The translations under genes and the position numbers were made by a program. The notes below the pieces were generated by a model, which was not told the DNA's origin, did not search any database, and saw only the letters and a program-made list of their open reading frames with translations. Source: a virus (lineage: Duplodnaviria; Caudoviricetes). From it: DNA of 64,000 nt. This document shows, piece by piece, positions 11,679 to 25,539 of the stretch. The stretch lies in IMG/VR virus record IMGVR_UViG_3300037493_004552, positions 2,235 through 66,234 of that record. One strand, given 5' to 3'. Each line of letters begins with the position of its first letter. Position 1 is the stretch's first letter.

Positions 11679-13022
11679 CTAAGGTAGAGACTTTCTAATT
11701 GCATCTATTTGATCTTGTAGACTACCTAATATGATTGCTTGTGCAGCTATCTGTCAATTAAGTGTATCTATAATAGGACAATTAGCAACGTCAGTACAAT
11801 TAGCTACATCTGGTCTAGGTAATTGTTGTGAGTTATTAATATTACCATCTGATCCATGGATATTAACTCGTACTCATGTTAAATCCCAATCAGCAATTCC
11901 AACTCCACCCGCACCTGTAACAGATAATGTATGTTCATTTACATTTCATAAATCAACAGTGAAATTAATTAATCCATCTGATCATAATATAGATAGAAGA
12001 TTACCAACTAAACCTAATGTATGTTCATTTACATTAGTTAAATCAGCTTGGTCATTTAATAATCCATCTGATCCATAAATATCTAATAAATTTCCTGATA
12101 ATCATAATGTATGTTCATTAATATTAGTAAGATTTACTGTAGCATTTGCTATACCATCAGAACCTAAAATAGATAATAGATTAGGATTTACTAAATCAAG
12201 TATTAATGTATGTTCATTTACATTAGTTAAATCAACTTGGTCATTTGATATTCAATCACAACCATATATATTAAGTAAGTTACCAACTAATCATAATGTA
12301 TGTTCATTTACATTAGTTAAATCAACTGCTTGTGGAGCAGCATTTAACTGACTAATACTTAAAATATTTCCACTCAAATCAAGGACTTGGTTATCAGTAT
12401 TAATAGATGTTAAATCTACGGCATTAGTTCCAGAAAGAGAAAGGATATTTGTTGCGGTATCAAACGATACTGTTTGAGCACAACATTGATTATTTTCTCG
12501 GTAAGCTAAATGATTAACATCGTCCCAAGTTAATACCTGCATGTGTTGTCTATTAGCAGGAAGTCCAACTGTTAAAGTATTTGCTGGAGTGATGAAAAAT
12601 CTCATTCCATCAATACCTAAAATATTAATAGTATCTCAATTTCCTACATCCATCATTACTCCACCTGCGTCTGCAAAAGTATAGACTATGTTAGAAAAAA
12701 TTGAACATAGATCTATTGTTGTAGTACCAACAGTAAGATCACAACCATTAATTCCTCAAAGAGAAACTGCTATATTAGCGTTTAATCGTGCAGTACTTAC
12801 TTCAATATTATGTCCAGCAATAACAATCGAACCATTACCCGATGTTAAAAGTGTTCATATGAAGTCAGGATTGTTTGTAAAACAAGCGAGTACATCATTA
12901 CATGTAGTGCCTGCTGGTATCTGAACTAATGACCAATTACAACCATCAAAAAACGGAACCACGTTTATTGGTGCTGGATTTGGACAATTTGGAATCAGAT
13001 CAAATAAAGAAGTTATTGGCAT
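11679..13022 (-). CDS. Cys-rich tail fibre-like protein with VDLTNVNEHTL repeats (447 aa)
   Basis: Shared N-terminal LxDLIxNCP...FDGCxW motif; tandem ~30-aa repeats. Confidence 0.7.
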
Positions 13023-13055
13023 AGCGACAAGTATTAAAAAATAAAGGTCATTAAT

Positions 13056-13083
13056 AGTATAGTGATTTTAATAAGATATACAA
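13056..13083 (-). promoter_or_regulatory. promoter TTGTAT-N16-TATACT
   Basis: Upstream of ATG 13022. Confidence 0.5.
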
Positions 13084-16000
13084 CTAAACAGGAATATAAT
13101 CTATTTCATCTGATTGTTTATTATTTACTCGGTGAACAGCGAGCGTAGCTCAATCAGCCTTTCATACTGTTCATGATCAATCAGAATTGAATCGTGATGA
13201 TGGTCAGTATATAGTAACCACTCAATCATCTCTTCGATATTCTCCAAATGCACCGTCTCCGTTTCCACCTGGATATATTAAATTCCATCCATAATTTTCT
13301 GCTCCATTAGTTCACATTCCATTTGGTGTAAAATAATGTGGAGAAACATTTGGAAGATTAGCTGGTATCCATGGTAAAGCATTATTAGGTACATTCCATC
13401 ATCATTTTGTAGCAGAGAAATTCCATGTTATTCAAGCCGATCAAAGTTGAGTATGTATTAGATTAGAATATGGTCAAGAATCTGAATATAAATCTTCTAC
13501 ATGATATGTATTACCATACCAAGGCATTTTATCTGGAGTATATGGAGGCCACATACCTTTTGCATTTAATTCATAGAGCACATCACAAACATCTTGATCT
13601 CCACCTGGAGTAGTAGTTGTAAAACGTTCTTGTTTTGGTCGTAGTACTCTAGGATCTATTTTTACCGCAGGGAATAATATATCTCCAGCTTGTAATAATA
13701 CTATCTTAGTTCCTCATAAATTATATTCATTTGTTCTAGGTATAAGCGGATCACTTAATGATGAACTACCACCATTACCTCATCAGAATTTACTATCAAC
13801 AATTAAATCTAATTTATTTAATCCAATATTATATCTTAAACAAGCATATCTAAACGCATGTACATTATGATCAATTTGGAATACTCATTGTAATGATATA
13901 TGATAGTATCCAGTTTTAACAATAGTAATTGTTCTACATCAATATCATCAATCATTTTGACAGAATTGACTCATAGAACTTGGACGAGGAACTCAGTTAT
14001 CTAAGTTATTATCAGAAGGAGTTTGAGAATAATATGTTCAAAAGTCTTGACTGAATGTTGGTGATGAATAAAGCGCAGGTATAAATTGTTCTGTAAAATT
14101 TATTTTACATGTTCATAAAATTCATGCATCAGGTTGTATTTCATTAAGATGTTGGAATGGTAAAGATGGATCAAGGTCTACAGTTGATATCATACTATTA
14201 CCTATAGCATGCCATCATCTTGATTCATCAAAATTTGGTATAAACCATCTAGCATTTCTTGTAGAAGCATATCATCTCATTACTCCATCTTCTGGATCTA
14301 CATTAGTATATAGATGATCTTTAGACCACATTACACAATTTTTACTTAATGATATTCTTGCTCGATATTTTTGTCTACTTGTTCGTTCAGATAATTCATT
14401 TATAGTTTTTTGAATTGTTATCATCATAGTAGCAACAAACAATCTCATATTACAAGATGATCTTGGTTCAGAAAAAAAGTTTGTCCAAGCAGCTTGTGTG
14501 TGTGGACTAGCATCAGGACCAAGTGTTGCGGGAACTCCATAATCTGCAACTCGGTCTACTAACATATTACAAATACAGTCCTCTACATCATTACAATCAA
14601 ATTTATAAAAACTAAAATCTATACATTGATTTAAGCATGTCATACATGAACCATATGTTAATGCTGATTTTTTTACACACAATGTATAACCATCTATTGT
14701 AAGAATTTCTTCTGCAACTGATAATAAATCTTCAGTATGATTATCATCTCAATCACATCATCGTATTTCTAAAAATGAATGACGAACTCCTCGTAAATCT
14801 ATTGGATTTATTGGATCATTAAATAAATGGATTGTATGTTCGTTAATATTTTTAAGATCAGCAATACTATTAATATGATTATCACTTCATAATAATTTTA
14901 AATGATTTCCTTGTATATCAAATGTATGTTCATTTGTATGTATTAAATCAACTGAACTATTTAATGAATGTATATCACTTCATCGAAGAGATAAAATATT
15001 TCATAATACAGTAATAGTTTCTTCATTAACATTTGTTAAATCAACAACACTATTAATTACTTTATCGCTTCATAATATATATAATAAATTATTTTGAAGA
15101 TCTAAAGTATGTTCATTGACATTTATTAAATCTACACAACTATCAGGGTCGGGTATTTGAATTCCTAAGGTTCCCCCGTGTCGACGAGTCAAGCAAAGTA
15201 TTTGTCCATTAGGACAATCATCAAATAGCGATAGCTTTTGATTGTCAGTATTAATATTTATTATTGGTTCTGGTGTAGGTGGTATAACTATTGAAGATGA
15301 ACCATGTCATCCTCAAGTACAACTACATGTACCACAATGTGTGGAACAATTATCTCTAGAACCAGCTGATAATGTGATATTTTTACCATCATATATGACT
15401 GTTTGGAGGCAACATTGAGGTGGCATCCATTGTGCTTGGTTAGTATTACAGTCCCAAGTAAGCACTAATCGTTTATTATTAGGCATATAATCAGTAGGTT
15501 GACATGTATTTGCATCTGCTCAGTCATGCAATGCTATATATTGTCCTACTCCTGGCTCTTGTGTTCCATCTCCGTTTACTAATGCAATAGTATTAGTAGG
15601 ATTAGCAAGGTTCCAAGCAATGATTATATCATTTACCGAATCACCTGCACCAAATGTTAGTGTTATGTTCCCTGCCGATCATGCATTATCTGCTACAATC
15701 GTTATGGCAGTGGTAATACCTGCAAAGTATCAGGAATAATACGCTAGTAATGGTCCTGGTGTACATCGTCCTGGAGTAAAATATTGATTTACAGGGGTCG
15801 GCAGCCCGATTTCGATGTTTCATCCACTTACATTGAAATGTGTTCCATCTATTCATAGATAAACAAGATTACCACGATTCAATATCTGATAATTATTTCT
15901 TCAATCAGTAATATAATAACTAGTATCTAACCATATTAATAGATCATAGATAAAATTTTGACCTATAGTTAATACTGTACCTACTAATGTAGAGGTAATC

Positions 16001-16224
16001 TGTTGTATTGTTCCATTCATAACAGATAGATCATTAGTTGGACTAATAGTAATACTATGTGAGTCAAGACTTAGATCTTCACCTATCATACATTCAAGAA
16101 CTTCTTGTGTTGTTTGATTTATTGTAGAATACTCTCGACAAGTTCCATTATAATATGGAACAGCTCAAGCTTCAGGCTTACATGCTACGAGTTCATCTAT
16201 GGTTGGTGTTACGGCTGTGATCAT
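13084..16224 (-). CDS. long Cys-rich tail fibre/spike protein (1046 aa), possible C1q/BclA-like C-terminal domain
   Basis: ORF-track fragments join in one frame; NEHTL repeats; TITIVKTGYYHISLQG. Confidence 0.7.
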
Positions 16225-16246
16225 ATGAAATATATTTCAAAATAAA

Positions 16247-16693
16247 TTACGGACAGATACATCATTGTGTTGCAGTATTCCAAGCTATTTGTGAATTTGC
16301 CATCGCTGTCATCTTAGCAAGGTAAGCTAAGTAAGTTGGCTCGGTAGAGTCGGCGACGACTTCTCCGAATGCTTGGATCGCTACCCTTCAGGCATTGCAA
16401 TATAATACTATGTAATCTCATTCTGACATTCTTATTCCCTCATACTTATGAACCGACTCTCCTGGGAGATAGGCTGGGAAGTAAGCGAGACAATTCTTTT
16501 GGTCTGGTGTCTCTCAATTTTTTATGATATGTATTTTATATTTTACTCAAGCATATGTATCTCATTGATCTTGCTTTACCAAATTTGTTACGGTGATCGC
16601 AGAGATTACCCATTCTTTGTTAGCAGGTACTGTCCCCGCTGTGTAGGGTTGACTATCTGCAGGTGGAGTATATTGGAAAAGAATTTGGTTCAT
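16247..16693 (-). CDS. putative virion protein (148 aa)
   Basis: Open frame in the recoded table within the tail cluster. Confidence 0.6.
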
Positions 16694-17844
16694 TAATGTT
16701 TATGGTTGGAATAAAACATTACTCAAAAAGATATTCATGGTCAAGCATATGATACCTCAGAATTGGATTGTCCAACTCATACTGGTTGTAAATCATATAC
16801 AGAACATCTAAATGATACGGTTGGTGTAACTCAATCTGTTCATCTTGAGTCTATCTTACATCCTAAAGCAATATATGTATCAGCATCTAACCATACTAAT
16901 GAATGTCCATTTAATGTGACAGTCATAGATTTTAAACCATCAGCTCATGCATTAGATTGATATGGTGCATTAGCATATGATCATGCAAATGTTTCTTCTG
17001 CTCAATATTTTGCATCAATTAATATTTTAGGATTGGTAGCTTTTGGTACACAAACAAATAATCTTATTCTTGATACTCAATTATTTATAACTGCTTCACC
17101 CTTCATTCGTATTTCATACATACCAGATTTTTCAATACGAATCATTCCATCATATGTATTAGTTCAGTTCATTCATGGGGATCATTGAAACACATCCATA
17201 CTAGGGGTAAATGTAAGATTTATTCCTCCTCGTGCTGCTGAGTTAGTAAACAAAAATGATTGATACATATTTGTAACTAAAGATGGTTGTAGATCATTTG
17301 ATGCATAACGTACCGCTCGAAGACCTTGATCACCACCATTACAATCTCGATAGGTATTTCAATTAGCATCTCATTTAAGAAATGCTCAGTTACAAGTAGG
17401 TGTACTTGGAACGATTACGACTCCTGTTGGAGGAGCGATAGCAATTTGAACTTGTTGGTTTCACATAGATCAAATTATATTAACATTAACAACTCGTCCA
17501 TTAACTGTACTACCAACTATTTTTGCTCAAAGATATCATGGGGTATCAGTAGAACTTACTCAAACTTTTTCATCAGTATCATTAATTACTAATGGTACTG
17601 CTTCGAGACAATGAGATGCATTAACTCTTAATACATATCATGCTGGTATTGTATCGATCGTGGTATTGAAAAAATCTACAACACATTGTTTAGTTAATTG
17701 TTGTGGTATATGTAAGAGACACTCTTCAATAAGATCACATGGATTAACATATGAATGTAGTCCGTCACAATCTACTTGGATTATTGAACCACAAGCCATA
17801 GCAGATGGATCAATATAATATATTCCGTAAAAAATTTCTGGCAT
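16693..17844 (-). CDS. Cys-rich tail protein with a C1q/BclA-like C-terminal domain (383 aa)
   Basis: IRIEKSGMYEIW motif; Cys-rich N-terminus. Confidence 0.6.
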
Positions 17845-17952
17845 ATCTAAATATTGAAACGGCTAAAAGATGAACCTTCAATTTGTTGTGGAGGTAATGG
17901 ATATCTTATTGGTGTGGGTGTTGATGCTTCAGTAGTAGGATCTACTACAGAC

Positions 17953-18504
17953 TTAACCTGACTGACTACTGTCCTTCTGGTCATTGGTTGGGATACTGGA
18001 GCTTTCTGAGCTTGGAGATTGGATATCATCGCTGCTCTCTTCTTTGCGCATCATGAACACATTTTCAATTTGTTTACCTAGTAAAATATCTTGGAGACAA
18101 CGACCACATAATTGTGGCTCTATGCCTAGAAACATTGATAATACTTGAATCATTTGTAGGTATGCTCTTTGTTGTACATCTTCTCGACAGATAGCTGTCA
18201 TAGCGTGTGCACATTCAGTTGCGAACATATAAGATGCTACCGCGTGTTTGAACGTACATCGTAAGTTTTTGTCAGACGATTCAAATGTTTCCAATAGATT
18301 TTCCATAACCATTCTACGCATAGTTATTGACTGCGATAGAATACTTTGTTGGTCCATAATTTTTTGTTGTAATTCCTTGGTTGGTTCTAGATCATAGTCA
18401 CTCATAAATTCATTTATAAGTTCTTGACAATGGGAAGAGATAGCGATTTGGTTCGCTATCAATTCCACTGCGTCAAGTACTCGTAATCTAGAAGTTTGTT
18501 GCAT
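17953..18504 (-). CDS. hypothetical protein (183 aa) with Cys/His motifs
   Basis: Intact ORF; CTFKH...CGRC. Confidence 0.7.
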   Translation of the reverse strand: MQQTSRLRVLDAVELIANQIAISSHCQELINEFMSDYDLEPTKELQQKIMDQQSILSQSITMRRMVMENLLETFESSDKNLRCTFKHAVASYMFATECAHAMTAICREDVQQRAYLQMIQVLSMFLGIEPQLCGRCLQDILLGKQIENVFMMRKEESSDDIQSPSSESSSIPTNDQKDSSQSG

Positions 18505-18507
18505 ATT

Positions 18508-20955
18508 TTATAGGGAATAATTATAAACTCTTTCATAAGGTTGGATATCTTTTACGGCATATGATGGTGTTCATTGCTGTCGGTCATGACTATATTTTTT
18601 ATATCTTGTATATACAATTCTATCGGTTCTTTCACCAGGATAGAATCTCAACCAGCGTGCTGTATCTATACTAGGATTTGGTTGTACAGACATTCAATCA
18701 GCTGGTATTAAACATTGATAATAGAAACCATTTCATCAATAACTTTCATCTCGTTGTACCATATCACCTATTATATATGTTCAAAGATCTAACCATTGTT
18801 TATGTATAAATTCATATGGACTGAATGTAATATCACTTCCTTTCATTCTTACATTAGTTGTGAAGAATCCTATTCATATAAACACATTTCATTCTGGTAT
18901 AGATATATTACCAATACCATGTAAACTACTATCCCATCGACATTCACCACTTCGTTGTTCTTCACCTCGAGATCAAGCGATTTGTCGGAAGGTATTTACT
19001 CAACCGAATACTACTTGAGATTTTGTTTCTACTCCTGGAATTCAAGCAAATGATTTTATAAGATTGAAATTACAATAACATTGTCTTTCAGAAGGACAGA
19101 GAGCAAGACAATTCCAATTACAATCTTTTATAGTAAGATGTGTTTGGGCTTCATTTACTTTATCTCAATATTCTACTGGAATAGGATATGATTGATTTAA
19201 TATATTTATAAAATAGAATTCATTTGGTGGTTCTGGACATGGATCTTCATATACAGTATTATATGGACATGGTACAAATGGTAAAGTAATATCATATCTT
19301 TCTAGCCATACACTACTTGAAGCATCTATAACATTTAATATTCTAACTCTTTTATCAACTCTTTCTATTATTCACGTACCTGGACAAAACATGCCTTGGA
19401 TACGTTTGAGTTCAGATCAGATACCATCAATCATTTGTGTATCATGTATCCATACATTATTTCTTCTTCCAATAACAAATATGTTACATCGTGGTTGGAA
19501 AGCATCTAGGGTATCTTCAGAATAATCTATAATGATAGTTCAAAAAGATATATCTATAAATCTATTTTGATACATTTCTCTTTCTGCTTGGTCGCCTACT
19601 TCAAGTAAATATGTAGTAGCGGTTCCAGTTGTTCCTGGATATAATCTATTACAAGCAAATTTATATGTTTGATTTTTAATAGTAGAACTAGTTCTGAATA
19701 TTCTCGCTGCACGAGCTACATCTATTTTGATATCAATTATAGATGAAGTACCACTCATAACTTGTGGACTTATAAATGCATCTTGTGGCGTGATAGGTCA
19801 TAACCATTCAAGATCTCATGTAATTATCAATTCAGTAATTGGTATTAAACCAAGCATTTGAATTGATCAAGTTAATTGTGTTCATTTAAAGAAATGTATT
19901 CTTGCATTATCTACAGTAAGATCTTCGGTATAATGTCATGGATATACATGAACTACTTCATCTGTTGCAATAACTGATGCTGCCGCTCATATAGTAAGAA
20001 ATGGACGTTCTAATCTACCAACCATACCAGTTGCGTCATCTCCATTCTTCATAACAAATGCTACTTTTTCTACAACTATAGGACATGGACAAAGTGAATC
20101 ACTTGCTATACAAGAAAGATCAACTGATGTTCAACAAATAGTTAATGTATATTTTGTAATTCCTGCTTCTGTTTGCTCACATACGAATGTCATATCAGGT
20201 ACAAGATCAACATTTATTTGACTGTTTAATGCATCTCGTGATGCGACAAGACAATCATTGAAATTTATTTTTGCAACATTAGTATGTACTAATATATTAT
20301 CTTGATAGATACTTAATGCGGATCCTTCTCATCCTCAACATGGACATAGCTGTTGAGCGATAATATTTATTTGACTTTGCAATCCAGAGATTAATGGTGT
20401 CATACATTCTATAATTTGATCACAACATACATCTAATGGATTAGCTCGATAAGCGGTATTAGTTATACTGTTCCATGTTAATACCTGTGAATTAGTTCCA
20501 CCTGTTGGAAGCCCTATTTGTAAAGTATTTATTCAAACAATAAACCTTAATCCATCTAATCATTGTACAAAAATTTGTTCTCAATTAGTAATGAAATCCG
20601 TATGGATACCATCGTTAAATGCAAACGTGAAAAAATTTGCCAAACATGTTAGGTCAATGGTAGTATTTCATATCGTAAATATTCCTGTTTGACAATTAAT
20701 TGATGCTGTAAATAAACTTATAATATAATCAGCATCAATACTAATAGAACATCTTTGTGTATCTACAATTAACCCAGTATTAAATCATATAATATTAAGT
20801 AATGCTTCGCAATCAATACATGATAATACATCATCACAAGTGATACCGTCTGGGATCTGTTGTAATATCCAATGACAACCATCATATACTATCATAGTAT
20901 TTGCCTCTAATTGTTGAGGACAAGTTGATATTAAGTCTTCTAAATTTGTTCGCAT
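18508..20955 (-). CDS. tailspike with a beta-helix/pectate-lyase-like region and a C-terminal carbohydrate-binding-like motif (815 aa)
   Basis: FVMKNGDDATG...PFLTIGAA...VHVYPGHYTE; W...YIIGDMVQW...YYQC; shared N-terminal family motif. Confidence 0.7.
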
Positions 20956-20994
20956 ATATAAAATATTTATTTATATAAAATTATATCTACATAC

Positions 20995-21022
20995 AGTGTA
21001 TTGTTTTGTGGGAGAAAATCAA
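20995..21022 (-). promoter_or_regulatory. promoter TTGATT-N16-TACACT
   Basis: Upstream of ATG 20955. Confidence 0.45.
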
Positions 21023-21598
21023 CTAATTTGCATAATTATCCCATTGTATTCAAAGAGAATATGTTGTCATATAAGATTTGATTGGGGCTTTATATATCTC
21101 CCAATCCGTAGGGACGTCGGGCCCTATCGAATTAAGATGGTCATAAACTTTTTTTATTGCATCTCATCTCAAGATATAACACTCTGTTCACCATGGACCA
21201 ACATCTTTACACCATCAATAGATTCATTCTATTGGTTCCATAATCATAGTGGGACGGAAGAACCACGAGATTCTGAGCATGTCCCAGTCCTCAGGAGCTT
21301 CTAATATAAAATGATTAAAGTTTTGTTTGAAATAATTACAACAAAGAAGATCATCTTCCATCACGGTTATCTCATCATAACCTTTATCTATAGCATCTTT
21401 TAAGATTGCTATGTGTGATAGATTACATCAGACATTATGTGGATAACATCATTCACGAATAGGTTTATCATATGTGTTTCAATCAATTCAAAAAAAGATC
21501 TCGACGTCGTCCCGTCAGATCCTTTTCATTTCATTAAGAAAATGATAAAGTCTAATTTTACCTTTATCATTATCCATAGTTATTACATATCTATGCAT
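21023..21598 (-). CDS. glycosyltransferase family 25-like protein
   Basis: YVITM...R...IDG...GCNLSHIAILKDA...VMEDD...PEDWDML. Confidence 0.8.
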
Positions 21599-22056
21599 TA
21601 TTTATATCAGTATTTTCTGAATGCTGTATTAACATCAGCGAGAAGTTTTTGTTCTCGAACTAACTTTGTCTTGTTCCATCTAGCAGAGTTTGTTACCATA
21701 CATGAAACAATTGTCTTCCCAGTACATTCTGTGTGGCAGCTCTCTCATTTCACTCCAATGAGACCACACATTCAAGCCACATATTGTACATAAGCGTAAT
21801 CTCATTTCCAAGTAGGTTGTCAGTTTTTATTCAAGAATACTCGATCAATAGCTTTACCTGATTCATGTTTAGATGTGCCTGGTTTAGCTACTGGTCATTT
21901 TCATTTGAGTTGTGAATACAACCGTGCTTGTCTTGGTTTTGATCTATATGTTTCAAATGGCACTAGACCAGGATATTTTCTATTAACAATAGCTTTAAGA
22001 ACTTTAGCTTTTGTTTTGCATTCTCAATATAATTTATCTAGACTATTTTCTATCAT
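21598..22056 (-). CDS. endolysin, peptidase M15 family
   Basis: ETYRS...RQ..LY...VAKPGTSKHESGKAID...ESCH; adjacent to holin-like genes. Confidence 0.85.
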
Positions 22057-22234
22057 TTTGTTCTAAAAGATCTAAAATATTTTCTCTTACTCTATTACTA
22101 CATGTTTCAATCTCTGGACATCTAGCACAAACAGCCATCATTTCATTTGCATATTTGATAATGGTGCCAGTTTGTTTGTTAGATAGATTACCATCTGTCT
22201 GTTCAATGTAGTTATTACATTCAATAGTTTTCAT
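22043..22234 (-). CDS. hypothetical protein (63 aa)
   Basis: ORF within the lysis cluster; CxxCxxxxxC. Confidence 0.5.
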   Translation of the reverse strand: MKTIECNNYIEQTDGNLSNKQTGTIIKYANEMMAVCARCPEIETCSNRVRENILDLLEQNDRK

Positions 22235-22261
22235 CTACACTATTGTAATAAGTAAAATAAA

Positions 22262-22501
22262 TTATTCTTGAATATTAGATACAGATAATGTATCAGTACA
22301 ATAGAGTTTTACTGTGTGTGATAAGTTTGTTAGTATCGTAACGATAATAGGTACGAACAACACATATTCAGCAGGGATATTAGCGTTAGATATAATAACG
22401 ATAACACCTACGATAACAGAATACAACGCACCTCGTGCTAATGATTTCGCTTTCTTGATAAGTTCGACTTTACTAATACTGAATTTTTTTGATCCTTCCA
22501 T
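22262..22501 (-). CDS. putative holin (2 TM)
   Basis: Two hydrophobic helices, next to the endolysin. Confidence 0.65.
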   Translation of the reverse strand: MEGSKKFSISKVELIKKAKSLARGALYSVIVGVIVIISNANIPAEYVLFVPIIVTILTNLSHTVKLYCTDTLSVSNIQE

Positions 22502-22525
22502 GGGAATAAATAAGAGGTTAAAAAA

Positions 22526-22804
22526 TTATTTAATAACTAGATTAACTACAGCTCATAACACAGCAATAAGAATAATACCGACGAATCATTTGACCACCCG
22601 CTCAACTCGTTTGCTAGCGAATTTTTTTTCGAGGCGGTCAATCTTACCGTTCATAACATCGGCGAATTGCATAAGCGCATTACTGATTTTTTCGTGTGAA
22701 GAATTGTTTTCTTTAATAAAATCTTTAATGCTATCTTTTATCTCACGGATATCTTGCATAGTTTGTTTATTCTGTGTTTCTAAAACTGCGAGTCTTTCTT
22801 CCAT
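22526..22804 (-). CDS. coiled-coil plus C-terminal TM protein (XhlA/holin-associated type)
   Basis: MEERLAVLE...KWVEWVVKGFVGIILIAVLGAVVNLVIK. Confidence 0.65.
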
Positions 22805-22812
22805 TTATTTTA

Positions 22813-23004
22813 CTAAGATAATAAATGAGTTACTTGTTGTACCAAAATAGTATAAGTAGCATCAGTGAATTGAGCATAATATTCGATAACTTTAGCTTTA
22901 GCTTCATCTTCTGATGTTGCTTGTACTGGTCGAATGTATTCAATTGGTTCATACATTTCCGTACCAATTACTTTAATTACTTGAACTTGGATTAGATAAT
23001 TCAT
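22813..23004 (-). CDS. hypothetical protein (63 aa)
   Basis: Intact ORF with CCC-ATG start. Confidence 0.6.
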   Translation of the reverse strand: MNYLIQVQVIKVIGTEMYEPIEYIRPVQATSEDEAKAKVIEYYAQFTDATYTILVQQVTHLLS

Positions 23005-23007
23005 GGG

Positions 23008-24906
23008 TTATGATATATATAAATAAAAAGATTGTATTACTCATAATGGTTCAACATTCCAAACAGATGGTGTTAAAAATTCTATTTGTAATTCATCTCA
23101 AGCATTTACTGCTAGATTGATATTATAAAGATCAATTCTTGAACCATCAGTAAATCATATTGAGCTTAATGAATAACCTGTAGTTGCAATAACTTCTGTT
23201 CCTTGCGTGAAGTTTCTAACTTTTATAGTTATAGTGTTATCAGATATTCCTCGTTGTGTAACTACTTTTGACATTATTTGTAATGATTTAACATGTCCTG
23301 TAATAGGTGTGTGTGATCTCATTGCAGGTGAATTATAGAATAATGTTTTAGCTGCTACACCAGGCGTTGTAGAGAATAAATATGTTTCATGCTGAGCAGG
23401 ATTATATAATGGCGCAAAATATGTTAGCGTTGCTCAACCTCAACCACCACCAGAATGTGAAATTATATCTTGATAGATACAAGATAGATCTATCATTGTA
23501 CCGAAAAGATTTAAAGTATAAATAGAATCTCCTGTCTCAGGATCTACTGTACAATTAAATTCAAATTCTGAATATTTATTAACTATTGAATCATAAATAC
23601 ATGTCATATCAATAGTAGCTACTCGCTCTGATTCATCTCAAAGATATAATGTATATATAGGATGACCCATCTCATCAACTGTACATTCAAATGAACCTTC
23701 TATTCTATGAAGAATTGAATCATATATACAAGATAAATCAATTTGACTATCTGCTCATGTTTCTAATGAGAATATTGGTTTACCTGACTCATCAGTAGAA
23801 CAATAGAATGACATTCCATTTGTAATAGTATTATAAATACAAGAAAGGTCTATGGTTTCTCCTCATATATAAAGTAAGTATTGTGGAATTTGTGATTCAG
23901 GCAATACACATTCAAAACTTACATTAAGATATGTTAGGACACTACCATAGATACAAGTCATATCTACATCTGTTCCTCATACATGAAGTATTAAAGCATT
24001 TCATGCTTCAACACATTCGAATTGTACATCAAGGTTATCAATAATACTTGTGAAAATACAAGATAGATCTACTTCTGTATCACAAATTTGTAATGTATAT
24101 ATATATCCTACTTCAGCAGGACTACATTGAAAGCTTACGGTAGGAGCGAACATTACATCTATAAAATTATTATGCGAATCTCGTGATGCTGATAAACATG
24201 TTCCAAAATTTATGGCTGTAACATTACTACGGACTAATGATCCTCCACTATAAATAGCGAGTGATGATCATTCACCTCCTCATGTACATGGACAAAGTTG
24301 TCATGCTATAATATTAATTTGGTTTTGTAATATATCAATATATGGTTGTACACATTTGATAACTTGATCACAACAAATATCTAATGGATTTGCCCGATAT
24401 GCTGTATTAGTTGTGCTATTCCAAGTAAGTACTTGAGAGTTAGTACCTCATGTGGGTAATCCAACTTGTAATAAATTAGGTCATACTTTAAATCTTAATC
24501 AATCTAATCCTTGAACAAAAATAAGATCTCAATTATTTACAGCATAATTATTTGTGCCATCCATAAATGTGATATGGAACATATCTGCTATACAACTAAT
24601 ATTATGTGTAGTTGTTCAAATAACTAATTCTCATGAAGTACAATCAAATGTAGATATAACACTATTATTTATAAAAATTCCATCTACTTCAATAGTACAT
24701 GCTCTTGCGTTAACAATAAATCCACTAGTGAAATGTAAAATATCTAGTAGTACTTCACAGTCTATACATGACAACATATCTTCACATGTAATACCATCGG
24801 GAATTTGTTGAAGTATCCAATGACATCAATCGAATACGATAATTGAATTAGGTTCTAATTGATTGGGACAATTATCGATTAGATCTATTAAAGATACATA
24901 AGGCAT
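23008..24906 (-). CDS. Cys-rich tail fibre with (I/V)D(L/M)(S/T)CIY repeats (632 aa)
   Basis: N-terminal ~250 aa paralogous to 18508-20955; internal repeats. Confidence 0.7.
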
Positions 24907-24934
24907 TTTTTTTAAAGTAAGATATAAAAATTAA

Positions 24935-25516
24935 TTATTGTATATGAACGGTATACATTTGTATTACATCTTCAGGATTCACAGACCAAGCAGGAGTTTT
25001 CAATCTTATAGAGATTTGGTCACCTGCATTTACTTGTAAATTTATCGGATACATATCTAATCTTGATGTACTGATTAATGCTAAAGAATTTAATCAATAT
25101 GTAGTAGTACCTGTATAATTAGTTCATTGTGTATAATTATGTACTATAATAGTTATATTTTCTGATGTAGCGAATATTCCTGCTACTGAAGACATAACAG
25201 TAAGTGATGTTATATATCCTGTTATAGGCGATATTGTTCTTCTAGATGGTCTATCATTAGAAATAGTTAATGGCACTAATGATGATACTGGAGCAAACAC
25301 ATATGTTGAATTATCAGCAGGAGAAAATAATGGTGCAAAAAATGTTAGATCTGCTCATTGTCCTGTTCAACCACCTCCTGGGGGAGGTCGAGAAGTTATA
25401 CAACTACCTCACAAAAAACAAAAACTTGTCCCTGTTATTACACCAGATTCGAGTCCAGCATAAACTATACTTAATGTTGTGATAGCTCATAGAATATAAA
25501 CTAATAATTTTTTCAT
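24935..25516 (-). CDS. signal-peptide protein paralogous to the tail-fibre tip domain (193 aa)
   Basis: MKKLLVYILGAITTLSIVYA; CFLGGSCITSWP; C-terminus aligns by eye with the C-terminus of 23008-24906. Confidence 0.7.
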
Positions 25517-25539
25517 GTAGATAATATTAAATTATAAAA

